NCBI RefSeq assembly: GCF_009834535.1
Contig: NC_045714.1
Location: 14,632,001-14,696,000, forward strand
Direction of reading: 5' to 3'
Length of the DNA: 64,000 nt
Source of the DNA: Camelus ferus
Lineage: Eukaryota
The notes under the pieces are model-generated. The model did no database searches. It was not told the origin of the DNA and saw nothing but the letters and a program-made list of their open reading frames with translations. Position 1 is the first letter of the stretch, and the number at the start of each line of letters is the position of its first letter. Below are positions 32,441 through 44,612 of the stretch, one piece after another. Both the position numbers and the translations under genes were made by a program.

Positions 32441-35107
32441 GACAGAGCGAGTTCACCAACAAGCAAATAAGCCAGCTGGGCCCCGCCCGCAGACGGGCCT
32501 CGGCCGGAGCACTGGGGGGCCCTGCCGAGAGGGGCCCTGGAGAGGGGGCCGGGGAGGGGGTGTGGCTGCCCAGAGTCCAGGGCACAGGGCAGAGCTGCTG
32601 GCAGAGCTTGGGCTTCTGGACCCCCGGCCCTCGGAGAGGCGCAGCCAACATCAGAGACACAGGGAGGTCCAGACCTACCCCTCCTCCTCCTCTGTTGGGC
32701 CCTGTTGGCCAAACCCACCCAGAAGCCAGAGCAGGGGCACCTGCGATGCCCCCAGAGGCTGGCACCCCCAGGGACCTCAAGGGCACTGGGTGCTGTTTTG
32801 GTCCCTCTTCTGGGCCCTGGACCTGTTTCTTTTCTTCCGCTCATGGGTGGCGGCTCTTCTCCGTGTTCTGGACCCTGAGAGGAGGGGGAGCCGGAGGTTC
32901 ACGAGGGTCTCTCCCGTAGGAGAGGCGGCTGACCCCTCGCCCCCGCGGGGACCCCGCTGGTGGCTGCCCTCAGGTCCTGAACTGCTTTATCACATCAGCA
33001 CTATTTTAAGTGCCTTTCGGATGCCAGGCCTAATTAATGAGAGGTTCTGAAAACAGGATTCTGAGGGGCGTCCCCTGACACAGCCGCAGGTCGGCTCAGA
33101 AAATAAGAATAGGGCGAAGGCCAGGTGGGACGGGGCCACAGCTGCAAAGAGACACTTACGTCCCTGAGCGCTGGGAAGTGAGGACGCTTGGTGCCAGACT
33201 GCCTCCTGGTTAGGTCTGCATCAACGCCTGGGGGCCTGGTGGGGCAGTGTCAGTTTAAAGAAGCCTCAGCCGTCAGAAGGAGAGAGGCCGGCCTTGTGAA
33301 CAGAGACAGGCTGCCTGGAGCCGCCGCGGCCCCGCCGGCCCCTCCGTGCGCGCCGCTCCCCTCTCCTCCCCGCCTCCCCTGGGCCATCTCCCCCGTCCCC
33401 CCCCCCCCCCCCGAGGGACAGCATCTGGGGGCAGGGCTGCCTCGTCACAGGAGGCTCCCTGGACCAGCTCACATTAATGACGTGCTGCTGGGCTGAGGAA
33501 ACTTGGTGTTTCATCTTTTCCAAATAAAGACTTTAACTGCCCCCAGATGGATGGCTCTGACAAGGTGTCTGGAAGGGGAAGAAAGCGAGAGCGCACTGGT
33601 TTGTGGTGTGTGGACGCCGTCTCTGCATCCCCGGGAGCCCTGCGGGTGGCCCCGGCCCTCCCGGCGTGGACGCCGCACCTGTGCCCGGACACGGCCGTGC
33701 TGGCCGTGGTCTTGCTGGGTGCAGGCCCAAGGGCAGCTCTCCTGTCCAGAGCTTAGTTCTTTCTGTGCTCCTAGGCGTCTGCGCCCCCCACCCACGGGCC
33801 TGGCACACAGCAGGCTTACGGTAGGAAGGCAGCCCTGAGGGGTGCGAGGCAAGGAGGCCGGGGTCTCAGAGAACCTGAGCTTTGAGCTGAGCCCCGACAG
33901 CCCTGCTCATGGAGGGGTGGAGGTGCTTCTGCTGCTCCCTCTGCCTGGAACGAGGTGGAGAAGCTTGGTGTGGGGACTTCTTTCTGGCCCAGTGCACCTG
34001 GAGCAGGGTAAGCAGGGAGAGGTCCGAGAGCATCTCGGGCAGTGTTTCCGAAGCAGACCCCAGACGGGGACATGGGGTCGTTGAGGTGAACTCAGGAAGG
34101 CCTGCTGGGAGGGAGTGTGAGGAGGGCTCTCGGCCGGATCCCAGTGTGCCTCTGGGACTTGAACTGCATCAGGGTGGTCCTGCTTTGAGGTAGGGGGCGG
34201 GGCTGTGCACCCCCATCTCAAGAAGCCAGTGCCACCTGAGCCCAGGGGCATAACTTCCATGAATGTCCAGGCTGGTGGCCCCGTCAGCCAGGGCACTGCC
34301 GCCAGGAATGGGTCTGGGAGACCTGCAGCGTCCCCCCACCTGGCGGTCCACGCTCCCCGAGGGCCTCCCCCACCCACTGAAGGCAGCTACAGGGAGCTCC
34401 AGGCCAAAAGAGGGTGCATGTGTCCCCAGCAGGTGTCTGATAGGAAGGACTCACTGCCCGGAAACGCCAGCCTTCAGGGGCACTCAGCTGGGCCCTGGAA
34501 GCGCCAGTCTCCTCCTGTCCCCAGCTGCAGATGGAGCCACACCCCGATCCCGCCTGCCTGAGGCCACGCCCACGCCCCTAGAACTCCGAGGGGCTGCAGT
34601 GCCCTCCCGCCACCCCACCTGGGCCTTGACTGTCCTTGCCCCTCCCACTGTCCTGTCCCCCTGCCGGATCTGCTGCCTTCAGGTCCCAGCGACACCCCGT
34701 CCCCTGGCCTGAGGCAGCACTTCAGGTCCTGCAAGGTGGTCTTGAAAATGCACTTGCAGAAAATCGTCATGTTTTGGATTCTCTAGAGACATGGCTCTTG
34801 AAAGGCATTCTAAGGTGGGTCGTTTTGAAGCTGGACCCCCTCCCCACCTGGCAAGAACGGAGGCACCCGAGACCCGGCAGGCGCTGGCGGCGGCGGCTGG
34901 ATTCCCCAGCATCACGAGCACCCTCGGCATCGCACGTGTTTATTCTGAGTTTTGGAAAAGTTAAGCTCAGATAGCAGGCCTATGTGTTCACAGGTCTTTG
35001 TGCCCCGGTCAGAGGCTAACAGAGGGATTCGCATCAGTCTACGCGTTTAGCCTAAAACCCCCGCCGCAGGCCCGGGCTGGGCTGCCCTGGAAGCAGACCT
35101 CGAAACA

Positions 35108-35532
35108 AGGCTGCTGCAACACGTGACTCCAAACTGGGCCGCTTAAAACACCGGAGGCGAACTCCCCCGCAGTTCTGGAGGCCAGGAGTCGGAGATCAAG
35201 GTGCCTCAGGGCTGGCTCCTCCTGGGCTCCCGAGAAAGTGTTCCAGGCCCCTCCCCCAGCTCCTGGTGTCGCTGGAGACCCTTGGGGTCCCTGGGCTTTA
35301 GAAACTCACCCCATCTCTGTCTCTGCCTTTAAGCGGCCCTTTTTCTGTGTCTGTTTCTGCTTCTCTTTGTCTTAGAAGGACACACGTCACTGGATTTAGA
35401 TTCAGAGCCAGGAAGATCTGTCTGGAGATCCTTACTTTAACTACACCTGCAAAGACCCTTATGACAAAGGAGGTCATGTTCTGAGGTTCTGGGTAGACGT
35501 ACTTTGGGGGGGCTGCTATCCAACCCATTACA
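35108..35532 (-). mobile_element. MaLR solo LTR (MLT1A/B/C-like)
   Basis: Reverse complement starts TGTAATGGGTTGGATAGCAGCCCCCC; internal CAGTTCTGGAGGCCAGGAGTCGGAGATCAAGGTG and ACACCTGCAAAGACCCTT are MLT1 hallmarks. Confidence 0.85.
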
Positions 35533-35829
35533 GGAGGACAACTTGTTTCTTTTGGAGTCAACCCCTAGGGTGCCAGGACCCAAGTAGACAGTGAGGATGG
35601 TGAACTCTGAACAGTGTGATCAGTGAGCAGGTCACTGCCACGGCCGCAGGACCGAAAGCAGAACATGGCCCGCAGCCATGGTCACTCTCCTGCCCTGTGA
35701 TGACGCTGGTGGATGGCACTTGTGTCCCGAGCATCCCTGCAGGCCCTCCCCTTCCCTCCCCGAGGGGACACACCTGCCTTTCCTTTCCAGGGACAGAGTG
35801 CCTCCTCCATCAGCCTGCGCTCCGCTGTC

Positions 35830-35909
35830 CTGCACTCAGGACCCCGCGGGTCTGCGCTCAGGACCCCGCTGGTCTGCACTCAGGACCCCACGGGTCTGCG
35901 CTCAGGACC
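35830..35909 (+). repeat. 22-bp minisatellite, about 3.6 copies of CTGCRCTCAGGACCCCRCKGGT
   Basis: Units at 35830, 35852, 35874 and a partial unit at 35896. Confidence 0.9.
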
Positions 35910-37178
35910 GTCCAGACAGGCGGCCTTCTCCCTCCAGCGCTGGGGCGCCTCCAGGCAGGTCTTCCCACGTCCAGCTGCGTTAGTGCACCACTTCCCGGAG
36001 ATGCGAAGGGGGATCTATTTTGTTTGTTAAAAGCTGATTATCATAGATAAATGTATCTAATTAGTCTCATTTGCTGACACCAAGCCTTTAATTGTAAGTT
36101 GAGTAATTAGACATATCTGCATATGCACATGGCACAGTGCTCCCCTATGTCAGTCTTGAACCCGATTCCTCCAGAGACAAATAGTTCTCTCCATTTCAGG
36201 AGAGAATGTGATATATTAATTTACATCGACAAATGACTTTATTGAGAGCCAGTGACTCTCTTGTTTGTTTGCATAAAGCGGTAACAGGAGAACCAGGAGC
36301 CATGACGCGGTGAGGGAGCATCTGGGGGACACTGATGCTCGGGGTGGGGGGGCCCAGGAAGCCTCCCAGGGGGTAGCCCCCCAGCAGGGGCTTCCTGGGC
36401 CCCCTCCCGACTCTGCCCCAAGCTCAGCTGCCCACTCCCGCTGGGTGACGGGGGTATGGGGGTTAGGGTGCTTGAGGGCTGCAGCCTGGCCCCATGCATG
36501 TGGTGGTGGGGTCCCTCCCCAAGGCTGTGAGCCGCACACTAATGGGGCTGCTGGCTGTGGGTCTGGGGCCCTGGCTTCAAACAGCTCTGTGGCCTGCCCT
36601 CCCCATCCAGGCTGGGCCAGCTGCCACCCTCCCCAAGGGGTGTGAGCACAGCAGACCCAGGAGGAGCTGGGGGCCCAGGGTCGGATGAGGACCTGGGGTA
36701 CCCCCTCTGTGTCAGGGCCCCCTGGCCCCCCTCTTTTGGCTGAGCCCACTGACTCCTCCATGACTGGATGGGGGAGCCCCAGGTGGCCACTCCCAGGTGA
36801 CCACCCCCAGTGCCCTCCAAGTCCATTTGAGGATGTAGCCTGCAGAGCATTCAGGGCACTGGCCTGTGGCAAGGAGGGAGCAGTCCTGCAGACAGCGTCC
36901 AAGCAGAGTCAAGCCTCCTCCCCTCCCCCTCGCCCCCTCCCCAGGCCTGGTGGCACATGGGCTTCGCAGGGGAGGCCGAGCGTGAGGAATTTGGCTCAGC
37001 GGAAGGAGGAATGCACATTCCCTGCCTTCCAGAAGGCCCTCGCCGCAGCCCCTCCACCCCACCCTCTGGTTGCCATGGTGACCAGCTCAGTAATGCTGAC
37101 TGGAGCTGACACTGTCCCAATTCGCCTGTGGTCCCCTCCCTCTCCTGCCCCCAGCCTGGGGCGCGGGGGCCTGCAGGG

Positions 37179-37192
37179 CCAGCAGAGGGCAG
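37179..37192 (+). promoter_or_regulatory. CTCF core motif (perfect)
   Basis: CCAGCAGAGGGCAG. Confidence 0.5.
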
Positions 37193-37458
37193 TGGTGGGC
37201 CGGCCACTCCGTGGCGGGGGTGGTGGAGGTATCTGGCTGGAAGTTAACCCTACCTTTTGAGGTCTCCATGTCTCCACCCAAATGCGGAGGCCAGCACCCT
37301 GTGGAAAGCAGCAGGCAGGTGACAGCCTCTCACAGCGTGTCTACCTGGTGTGTCCACAGGGTGTGTCCATCTCTATAGCCCGTGTGGTCCTTGGCCCGTC
37401 GGAGGATTTGCCTTCTGCCCAGCTGTAGGGATGGACGGGGTGTCCGGGCCACTCCCAG

Positions 37459-37479
37459 CCCAGCACCTGGGACAGCACT
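37459..37479 (+). promoter_or_regulatory. RE1/NRSE-like REST motif
   Basis: CCCAGCACC-TG-GGACAG-CACT versus TTCAGCACC-NN-GGACAG-CGCC; mismatch at the conserved T2. Confidence 0.4.
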
Positions 37480-38199
37480 GAGGGGAGCCTGGCGGGAGTG
37501 GCCCCACTGGGACTCCAGGGACTCGCTCACTCATTTGCACACGTGTGCATTCACTCACTCATTCAACTCGGAAGGACGCGGGCGGTGGGGAGGCACCTTT
37601 CCGCTCTGCTCACACCTCTGCCAGAAGCAGCGTCTGGCCTGCTGGTCTGGCGGGGGCTCGGGCCCTGCGGCGGGCCTCGGGTCCGCTGTTCCTTCAGGTG
37701 GGGGCCTAACCGCCTGTCTTTCCTCGTCTGAAGTTTTCCTCCGCCCTTGCAGTCAGTCTGACGTCTTAACTGCAAGGAAGACAAAATATTCCTTTCAATC
37801 CAAGGACTTCATCCGGTGGAGAAAGAAAAAAAGCACAGGGAGAATGGGGGAGGGGGACGTGGCGTCCAAAGCAGGGAGGAGGAGCCTGGCGGGGCGGAGC
37901 CCTCAGTCAGGCTGCAGCTGGATTTAGGGGGAAAGGCCTGTACAGCTTTGCTGAGACCTGGAAACCCAGCCGAGGTCAGGGCTGGGGGACGATGGGTTAA
38001 ATGCCCTCCTTCCCTGGAGGATGCAGTTCAGAGACCCCCTCCAGCCCTGCCCTGGGGATCTGGTGGCCAGAGGGAGGCCAACTTGGACACAGCTTCAGAG
38101 AGGGGGGCTCTGCCAGAGGAGAGAAGGGCCTGCGCCCCAAAGGAGATGCCTGCCGCCCAGCCACCACCTGCCCCGTGTGCTGCGTCATAAAGCGGGAGT

Positions 38200-38370
38200 G
38201 CTCTCGTGCATGCGTGTTTGTGTTGTGTGCTCTGTGTGCACACACGAGCGCATGTGATCTCTGTGCACGCACATGTGTGGTCTGCATGCGCGGGGGTGCG
38301 TGTCTGGGAGTGTGCGTTTGTGTACGTGCACCTGTCCTCCTGTCGTGCATGTACGCCTGAGTGTGCTCAG
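38200..38370. repeat. Low-complexity alternating purine-pyrimidine (TG/CA-rich) tract
   Basis: GTGCATGCGTGTTTGTGTTGTGTGCTCTGTGTGCACACACGAGCGCATGTG...; similar tracts at about 4720, 56800, 61290 and 61950. Confidence 0.7.
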
Positions 38371-39400
38371 CACACTGACCCTGGGTCCTGCAGGCGGGAC
38401 CCGCTCCAGCAACAAGGGTACCCTCAGAGGTGGACGGAGGAGGCTGCCTGTCCCTCGTTCCCTCCTCTTCCTGGTAAGGAGGCCACGCGAGGATCCCTTC
38501 AGCGCTACTCGGGTCAGCTGGACAGGAGGGAGGCCAGCAGCTGGCAGGGGAGGGCCGGTCGCCCACCTCAGGGAAGGGCCGCTCCTCGGGGGAGGGGCAA
38601 CTGTCTCCTCCGGGGATGAGCGTGGTCTCGGCCAGGGTGTTGGAAGCCCCGGCCCCAGCGGCAGGCAGGCGTGAGCACACACGTGCAGACAGACGGGGAG
38701 GGAACACGCCCCCAGCCTCACTGTCCCGGGTCCTTCTTTCTCCTGCTGGGGTCCTTGTGGTAAGCAGTGTTGGTGTCAGGGCGGCCACCCAGACCTGGTT
38801 CTCGGCGCCAGGTTTTAAGGGTGGATTAGTGGCCGGGCTGTGTGTGCCGGCTCCGCGGAACCTCTGAACACTCCTGACTCGATGGCAGCTGTGTCTTCAG
38901 CCACCCCTGGGGAGGCACCTGGCTTCTCATGTGGTCTCTGGCTCACTTGGGCTGGGTGGTTTGACCCCAGGCTGCTTCCACAGCGTCCTGTCACCCACCC
39001 AGCCAGGGGCCCACATCTGTCACAGTGCCCTGGGTTGGGGGTGCGCCTGGCTTCTGAACCCTGTTTGAGGGGGGGTCCTGGACCCAAGAGGGCTCAGTGG
39101 GTCACCTGAGGTCACAGTGTCCTGGGCAGGTGGCACAAAGTGGGGGCCCTGGGCGCGGGGTTGAAGCTTAGATGGAAAGCTGCTTCCTGGGGCTGGGGGA
39201 AATGATATCTGCATATCAGACAGCTGTGCTGACCGTGGCCCATTGACTGGCCTCCTCCTGCTCAGCTGACACTGGGTCTCCACCAAGCCGGTCCTCCGAG
39301 GAGAGTGAATTATTCTGGGGCCTCTTCTGCAGCTGAGCATCCGACCATGACCTCCATGGCCGTCGGCTGGCTTCCCTCCGTGGGCTTCCTGGGAACTTGC

Positions 39401-39910
39401 TCCATCGACAGGTGGCTGGATAAAGAAGCTGCGGTGTATGTATACAATGGAACACTACTCAGCCATAAAGAAGAATGAAATAACGCCATTTGTAGCAACA
39501 TGGACGGACCTGGAGATCGTCATTCTGAGTGAAGTCAGTCAGACAGAGCAAGAAAAATACCAGATGAGATCATTTATATGTGGAATCGAAAAAAATAAAA
39601 AGGACAAACGAGCTTATTTACAGAACAGAAACAGGCTCACAGACATAGAAGAACTTGCGGCGACCAGGCAGGGAATAGCGTGGGAAGGGGCGAACTGGGA
39701 GTCTGAGGTTTGCAGACACTTGCTCGTATGCATGAAACAGATAAGCAGCAGGTTCATACCTTGCAGCACGGGGAACTACAGTCAACGTCTCGTGGAAACT
39801 TACGGTGAAAAGGAATATGAAGACGGATGTACGTGTGCTCACGTGCGGCTGAAGCGTGTGCTGTGCGCCATAGACTGACACAGCATTGTGGACTGGCTGC
39901 TCTTCAGTAA
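39401..39910 (+). mobile_element. 5'-truncated L1 (ORF2 C-terminus plus 3' UTR), artiodactyl/camelid type
   Basis: Translates MEHYSAIKKNEITPFVATWTDLEIVILSEVSQ (L1 ORF2 terminal motif), followed by a typical 3' UTR ending ...CTCTTCAGTAA. Confidence 0.92.
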
Positions 39911-42900
39911 GACACACACGCGGGAGCTTGCTGGGAAGCTGTGCCCTTCCTGGCTGGCCCGAGGGGCTTCCTGCTGGACCTCCCTCTCCCTCCAGCAGCG
40001 GCAGGGTCTGCCCCTCTCCCCACAGGTAAGAGCAAAGGGGGCATTTCCTCCATCGTGACAAACATACCCTCCAGGCCAGTCTGGACCTGGACAGGGCTAG
40101 GCACTTGCACAGGGGTCAGTGCTGGGGTGGGGGGCCTCGGATCGCGAGGAAGACCCTGTGTTGTGGTGGAGGCATCAGCTTCAACCTAACGGGTCGGTGA
40201 ATCTGCCTCGGAGACGGGAATGTGGTGGCCAGCTCTTCAGAGCAGAGCGGATGGCTGGGAGGGCGAGGCTGGACGTCACCGCGGCCACGCTCAGGGTGCT
40301 GGGGCCAGGCAGGAGCTTCTGGAAGAAGCACAGAGCAGGGCTGATTTTAGGCGCTGCATGGCCCTGCCCCCGGGAGACCAGCACCTCTCGGGGATACTTG
40401 CCCTCCTCAGCTGTGAACCCACGGTGGCTTCCCGCGAGGATGGGCAGGATCCCGGGCAGGCCCCGCTTTCCTGACAAGGGTGCATCCTGTGCGGATTTCC
40501 TGCAGCCGAGGGAGGGGCTGAGCAGACACCACCCACCTGCTGTGCGTCTCGTTGAAGCCGAAGCCGATCACGCGTGCCCTCCACTCCCATTTTGGTTTCC
40601 CTAACAGTGATTCCGAGAACGGTTTTAAATTCTTCCTTTGGTGCAGGTTCCCTGAATGTGGGGCTGCCTCCTCATGGGGCCCAAGGCGTCTCGCCATCAG
40701 GGTCTGTCCAGAAACTGTTTCTGGATCATGCTTGGTTTTTAAAAATGGGGCCCGCGGCCTCTTATCTGCTCCAGTGTTTGCAGTGTCCACCCAGTGAAGC
40801 AGGGCCTCCCTTCCTGCGGTCACAGGGGAGCCACAGGCAACTTACAGGAATTAAAAGTCCTTCAGAGAGGATGCTTCGAGGGCATGCAGTGTCGCCATCT
40901 GGGTGGAAAACTGGCCTGCAACAAGGGTCTGCGGAGGAGGAAGGGCCCCCTGCAGGCTCCGGGCTCGGCAGGACCCCTGGGCTGGCGGGAGGACGCAGGC
41001 GGCTTTGCAGCCTGCCTCACATTCCCGTCCATCTCTAGTGGAGGTGAGGCCCCTTCCAGCTGTCTATGTCCACCCATGGCCACTGTGTTTGCTTCTGGTC
41101 AGGGAGCCGCCACCCAGCGTGTCCCGGCCCAACCCCTGGGAGGGACTGTGCTCCGGCCCTGGCTCCGGCCCCGTGGGTGCCGTGGGTGTCTCCGGGAGCT
41201 GTCTGATTGCCCTCCTTGTCCAGGTTCAGCTGAGGCTGGCATCGGCTCGAACGGAAGATGGGAAAAATGAGAATCTTTGTATCTTCTGCCAAGGCGTTAA
41301 TTCTTCCCCAGGCTGTCAGAACCGAAATAATTTTAGAAGCTATTGTTCATCACAAGCTCTATTTTTCATGGTTAAAAACAAGCCTTAAACAGTCATCAGA
41401 GGATGCTAAATGAGCACACCAGCCGGGAGGAGGGCCGGCAGAACGGACAGAAATAGAGACCTCGCGCTGGAGGGAGTGCAGCGCGTCCCCGCAGGGCAGG
41501 CTCCCACTCCCCCAGCAGCTGTTGCAGCCACGGCTGTGCACCCTTGGCGTTTGCTTTGGGCGCTGGCAGACAGTCGTGCCTGCAAACCCACTGGGCTGCT
41601 GGGCGGTGGGCTGGGTTGTCATCGGCCTGGCCGCCCGCAAGGTGGGACACGGGACCCCGCCTGATGGCTGGGATGCGTGCTCCGTTCCTCCGCATCCGAG
41701 GCCTTCTCTTTCTGGCTGGTTTTGTCCCGGGTGGACGTGCGCCCTGTGACTCTGGGTCTAGGCTGGGTGGTCCTCCCAGACCTCAGGGAGATCACAGGCT
41801 GCGGCCGGGATCAGATGTACCTGCCGGCTCCCCCATTCCTTGCCAGGAGAGCCAGCCGCTGATGGACACACAACGCCGGGCAGTGTTCTTTTCATCCCTG
41901 TGGTTGGTTTTTTGCCTCGAAAGTCCCTTGCTTCCCATCCTCGCTCAGTAGCACATTTCAGGAGAATCTCAAGAGATTAAAGCAGCTTTGCTCCCACGTG
42001 CTTATGCTGGGCTGGGAGAGGTCTCCCCGCAGGGGCCAAAGCACCGTAACATCACGAGGATGGGCTCCATTTGCCAGGCTGCTCCCCTGGGCGGCTGGCC
42101 CTGGGCGGCTCCTGGACACTGCCCGTCTCGGACTTCGGACCTCGCGGGTGCTGATGCCAGCGTCTGCACCGGGCAGGGTGACGGCCACCTCGCTGGCTGT
42201 CCGCCACTGGTGGGTGCTGTGCTTCTCTGGGAAAGGGGCTCCAGTCCAGACCCTTCTGAGGCCTGACATCCCCTCCCTGGGGCCGGAAGTCTCTCCCAGT
42301 CGCTAGGGGCTGGGTCAGAAGCAGCCCTCCAGGGGACCACACGTGATGTGGCACACAGGCCGTGGAACATTCTGGGGGGCCTGGGGGCTGCTCTCTTCTC
42401 CTAGGTGGGATGACACCTGCTTCGCATCAGGGTGGTTTTCAGCTAATGTTTTGCTCAGGTTGGATAATGCGAAATGCTCTTTTCAGTGTTGGAACAGAGG
42501 TGGAATCACGACACTTGCAAGCTCTCTGCTCGCCCAGGTCGTGTTCTGATTCTCCTCCTCACTCGCTGGCACCGCCCAGGCTGAGGTCTCTATTTTGGTG
42601 CAGATGGAACCTTCCTTCATCTCGATTTGGGGACACCGGGGCCCTGGATGTCCTTTAGTTGAGGGAAAGCTTTGACCTAATGGTGCTGTGACCTTGTGGG
42701 GATCACAAAATACAGTATTTAAGGTTTCCACAGTTTGCTTACAATGTTAATAAAGACGATTTGTTGTCCGGGAAGACCACGTGGAGCCAGAGTGCTGACA
42801 ACAGATCACTGGGTCAGAAGTGCATCCGTAGGGGCAGGGCCACCACGACGATGGAGGGCGGTCCCTCTTCGTGCTCGAGTGAGCAGGCTTGTTTCCGGGA

Positions 42901-44540
42901 GGGTTCGTGCACTGTCCCAGACCCTCACCTACCCCATCAGACAGGCCTTGAACAAGTAGGCTCTGCCATGAAGGAGACACTTCTCATGGGACCACGTGTC
43001 CAGCTCTGACCCCAGCCAGCACTAGCACTGCAGCCAAGACGGTCCCCTCTGCTCCGGTTCCATGAAACCAGGACTCCCAGCTGAAGCACACAAGTGAGGG
43101 AGTCTGGCCCTGCAGAACCTAGGAATTCCCACCAGGTACTGACGAGGACGTGTCAGGTGCCAAGAGACAGTGGGAGGGGGTGGCCAGAAACCCCCTCCCT
43201 GTAGAGCTTAAGAAGGGCTGCGGAGGGGGGGACGTGCAAGGGAATGACCACGGTGCCCGATGGTGATGAGGACTGGGGGGGCGTGGAGGGGATGAGGGTG
43301 GCAGCTCTGAGCAGGGGACCAGGAAGAGCTCCTGAGACAGTGACAGCAGGGCCCAGACTTGACGGAGGTGGGGGACCGTGGCCCTAGGGGACAGAGGGGA
43401 CCCTGGGTGTCCGACCACCCAAGTCAGACCATCACGAGCTCCTGGCCCCAGACTCCAGTCTAGAAAAATCCTGGGGCAGGTGCAGGGGGCGGCAGCACCA
43501 CTCACACTGACTCCCCAGTGCCCGGCGGCACTCCCTGACTTTCCCTAGCACCTGGTCTCTCCTTCAGTCACTCACGCACTCACTCATCCACTCATTCGGA
43601 CACTCACTTGTTCACTCCCTCCCTCCTTGAACAGCCTGACCTGCTGTTTGTTTGGGTGGGTGGGTGGGAGAGATGGGGGTGCAGGCTCCCTACTTCCCTG
43701 TGAAGCGTTGATCAGCTTCCTTGACCAGCTGGGAACCGGTTGCCAGAGGCACGGGTGAGGGGTTGGTGTGCTCAGAGCCGGGGGCAGAGGTGGGAACCCG
43801 GGTCTAGTGCTGACTCACCGTCTTGCCTCCTCCCCCCACCCCGAGTGGGTTCCTTTCTTCACCTGTCCCCTCCCCACAGCCCAGCCCCCACTCCATGCAG
43901 CAGTGAAGGCCCCAGACAAAGAGACACAACAAAGAAGTGTCCACAGCGAAAGCCTGGCCTTCCCTCCTCTCCAGCCCCTTGCCCCCAGCTCCCTCCCGAT
44001 GCCCAGGAGGGGAAAGGGCAGTGGCCAGGACCTGCAGTGGCCAGGCCAGGAGGCAGATGCCCAGCTCCAGAGATCTGGGCCCCACGCCCCACCCCACTGA
44101 AACCATCTGCCTTCCTGGAGCCCAGAGACACCTAGGCCTCCTGGGGCAGGTAGCATGGGAAGAAAGGCAAAACGGAACATTTCCCCAGAAATAGCAGGTC
44201 TGGGCGTAAGATGGCACTGGATCCTCAGCCCTTTCCTGCCCTAAAGGGTCTGCACACCCCTCCCCTCCTAGGGGTGTTCAGCATCTCTGGCCTTCACACC
44301 TACTGGCTAGGGGCCAGTCAAACTGCCTGGCCCAGAGAGGCTCTCGCGGCCCCGAGGGAGCTGAGCTGTCGTCACGCGTTAGGGGCAGGCGTCAGAGCCC
44401 CGTGGAGGACAGCCAACTCGCAGGAGGACAGGCGACGGGCCTGGCTGTTGGCAGGGCCATGGCAGCCGTCCGGCCCTACCTCGGCCTGGAGAGGGCCGGG
44501 CCCTGTGCCCACCAGTCCCCTGTGCGCCGAGCTGGTCTGG

Positions 44541-44561
44541 CCTGCCGTCCGCGGTGCTGGG
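44541..44561 (-). promoter_or_regulatory. RE1/NRSE-like REST motif (second of a tandem pair)
   Basis: Reverse complement CCCAGCACC-GC-GGACGG-CAGG. Confidence 0.4.
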
Positions 44562-44591
44562 ACCCAGCCAGGACTCAGCTCTGGGCCTGGC

Positions 44592-44612
44592 GGCACTCTC
44601 CAAGGTGCTGAA
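44592..44612 (-). promoter_or_regulatory. Canonical RE1/NRSE REST-binding motif
   Basis: Reverse complement TTCAGCACC-TT-GGAGAG-TGCC fully fits NT(T/C)AG(A/C)(A/G)CCNN(A/G)G(A/C)(C/G)AG. Confidence 0.75.

Noticed and set aside
37536-37549. Perfect 14-bp palindrome TGCACACGTGTGCA
   Set aside because: Alternating purine-pyrimidine sequence within an L2-tail-like (TCAC/TCAT) context, where such palindromes arise easily.
39438-39878. 146-aa ORF starting MYTMEHYSAIKKNE
   Set aside because: L1 ORF2 C-terminal remnant running into the 3' UTR; not a host gene.
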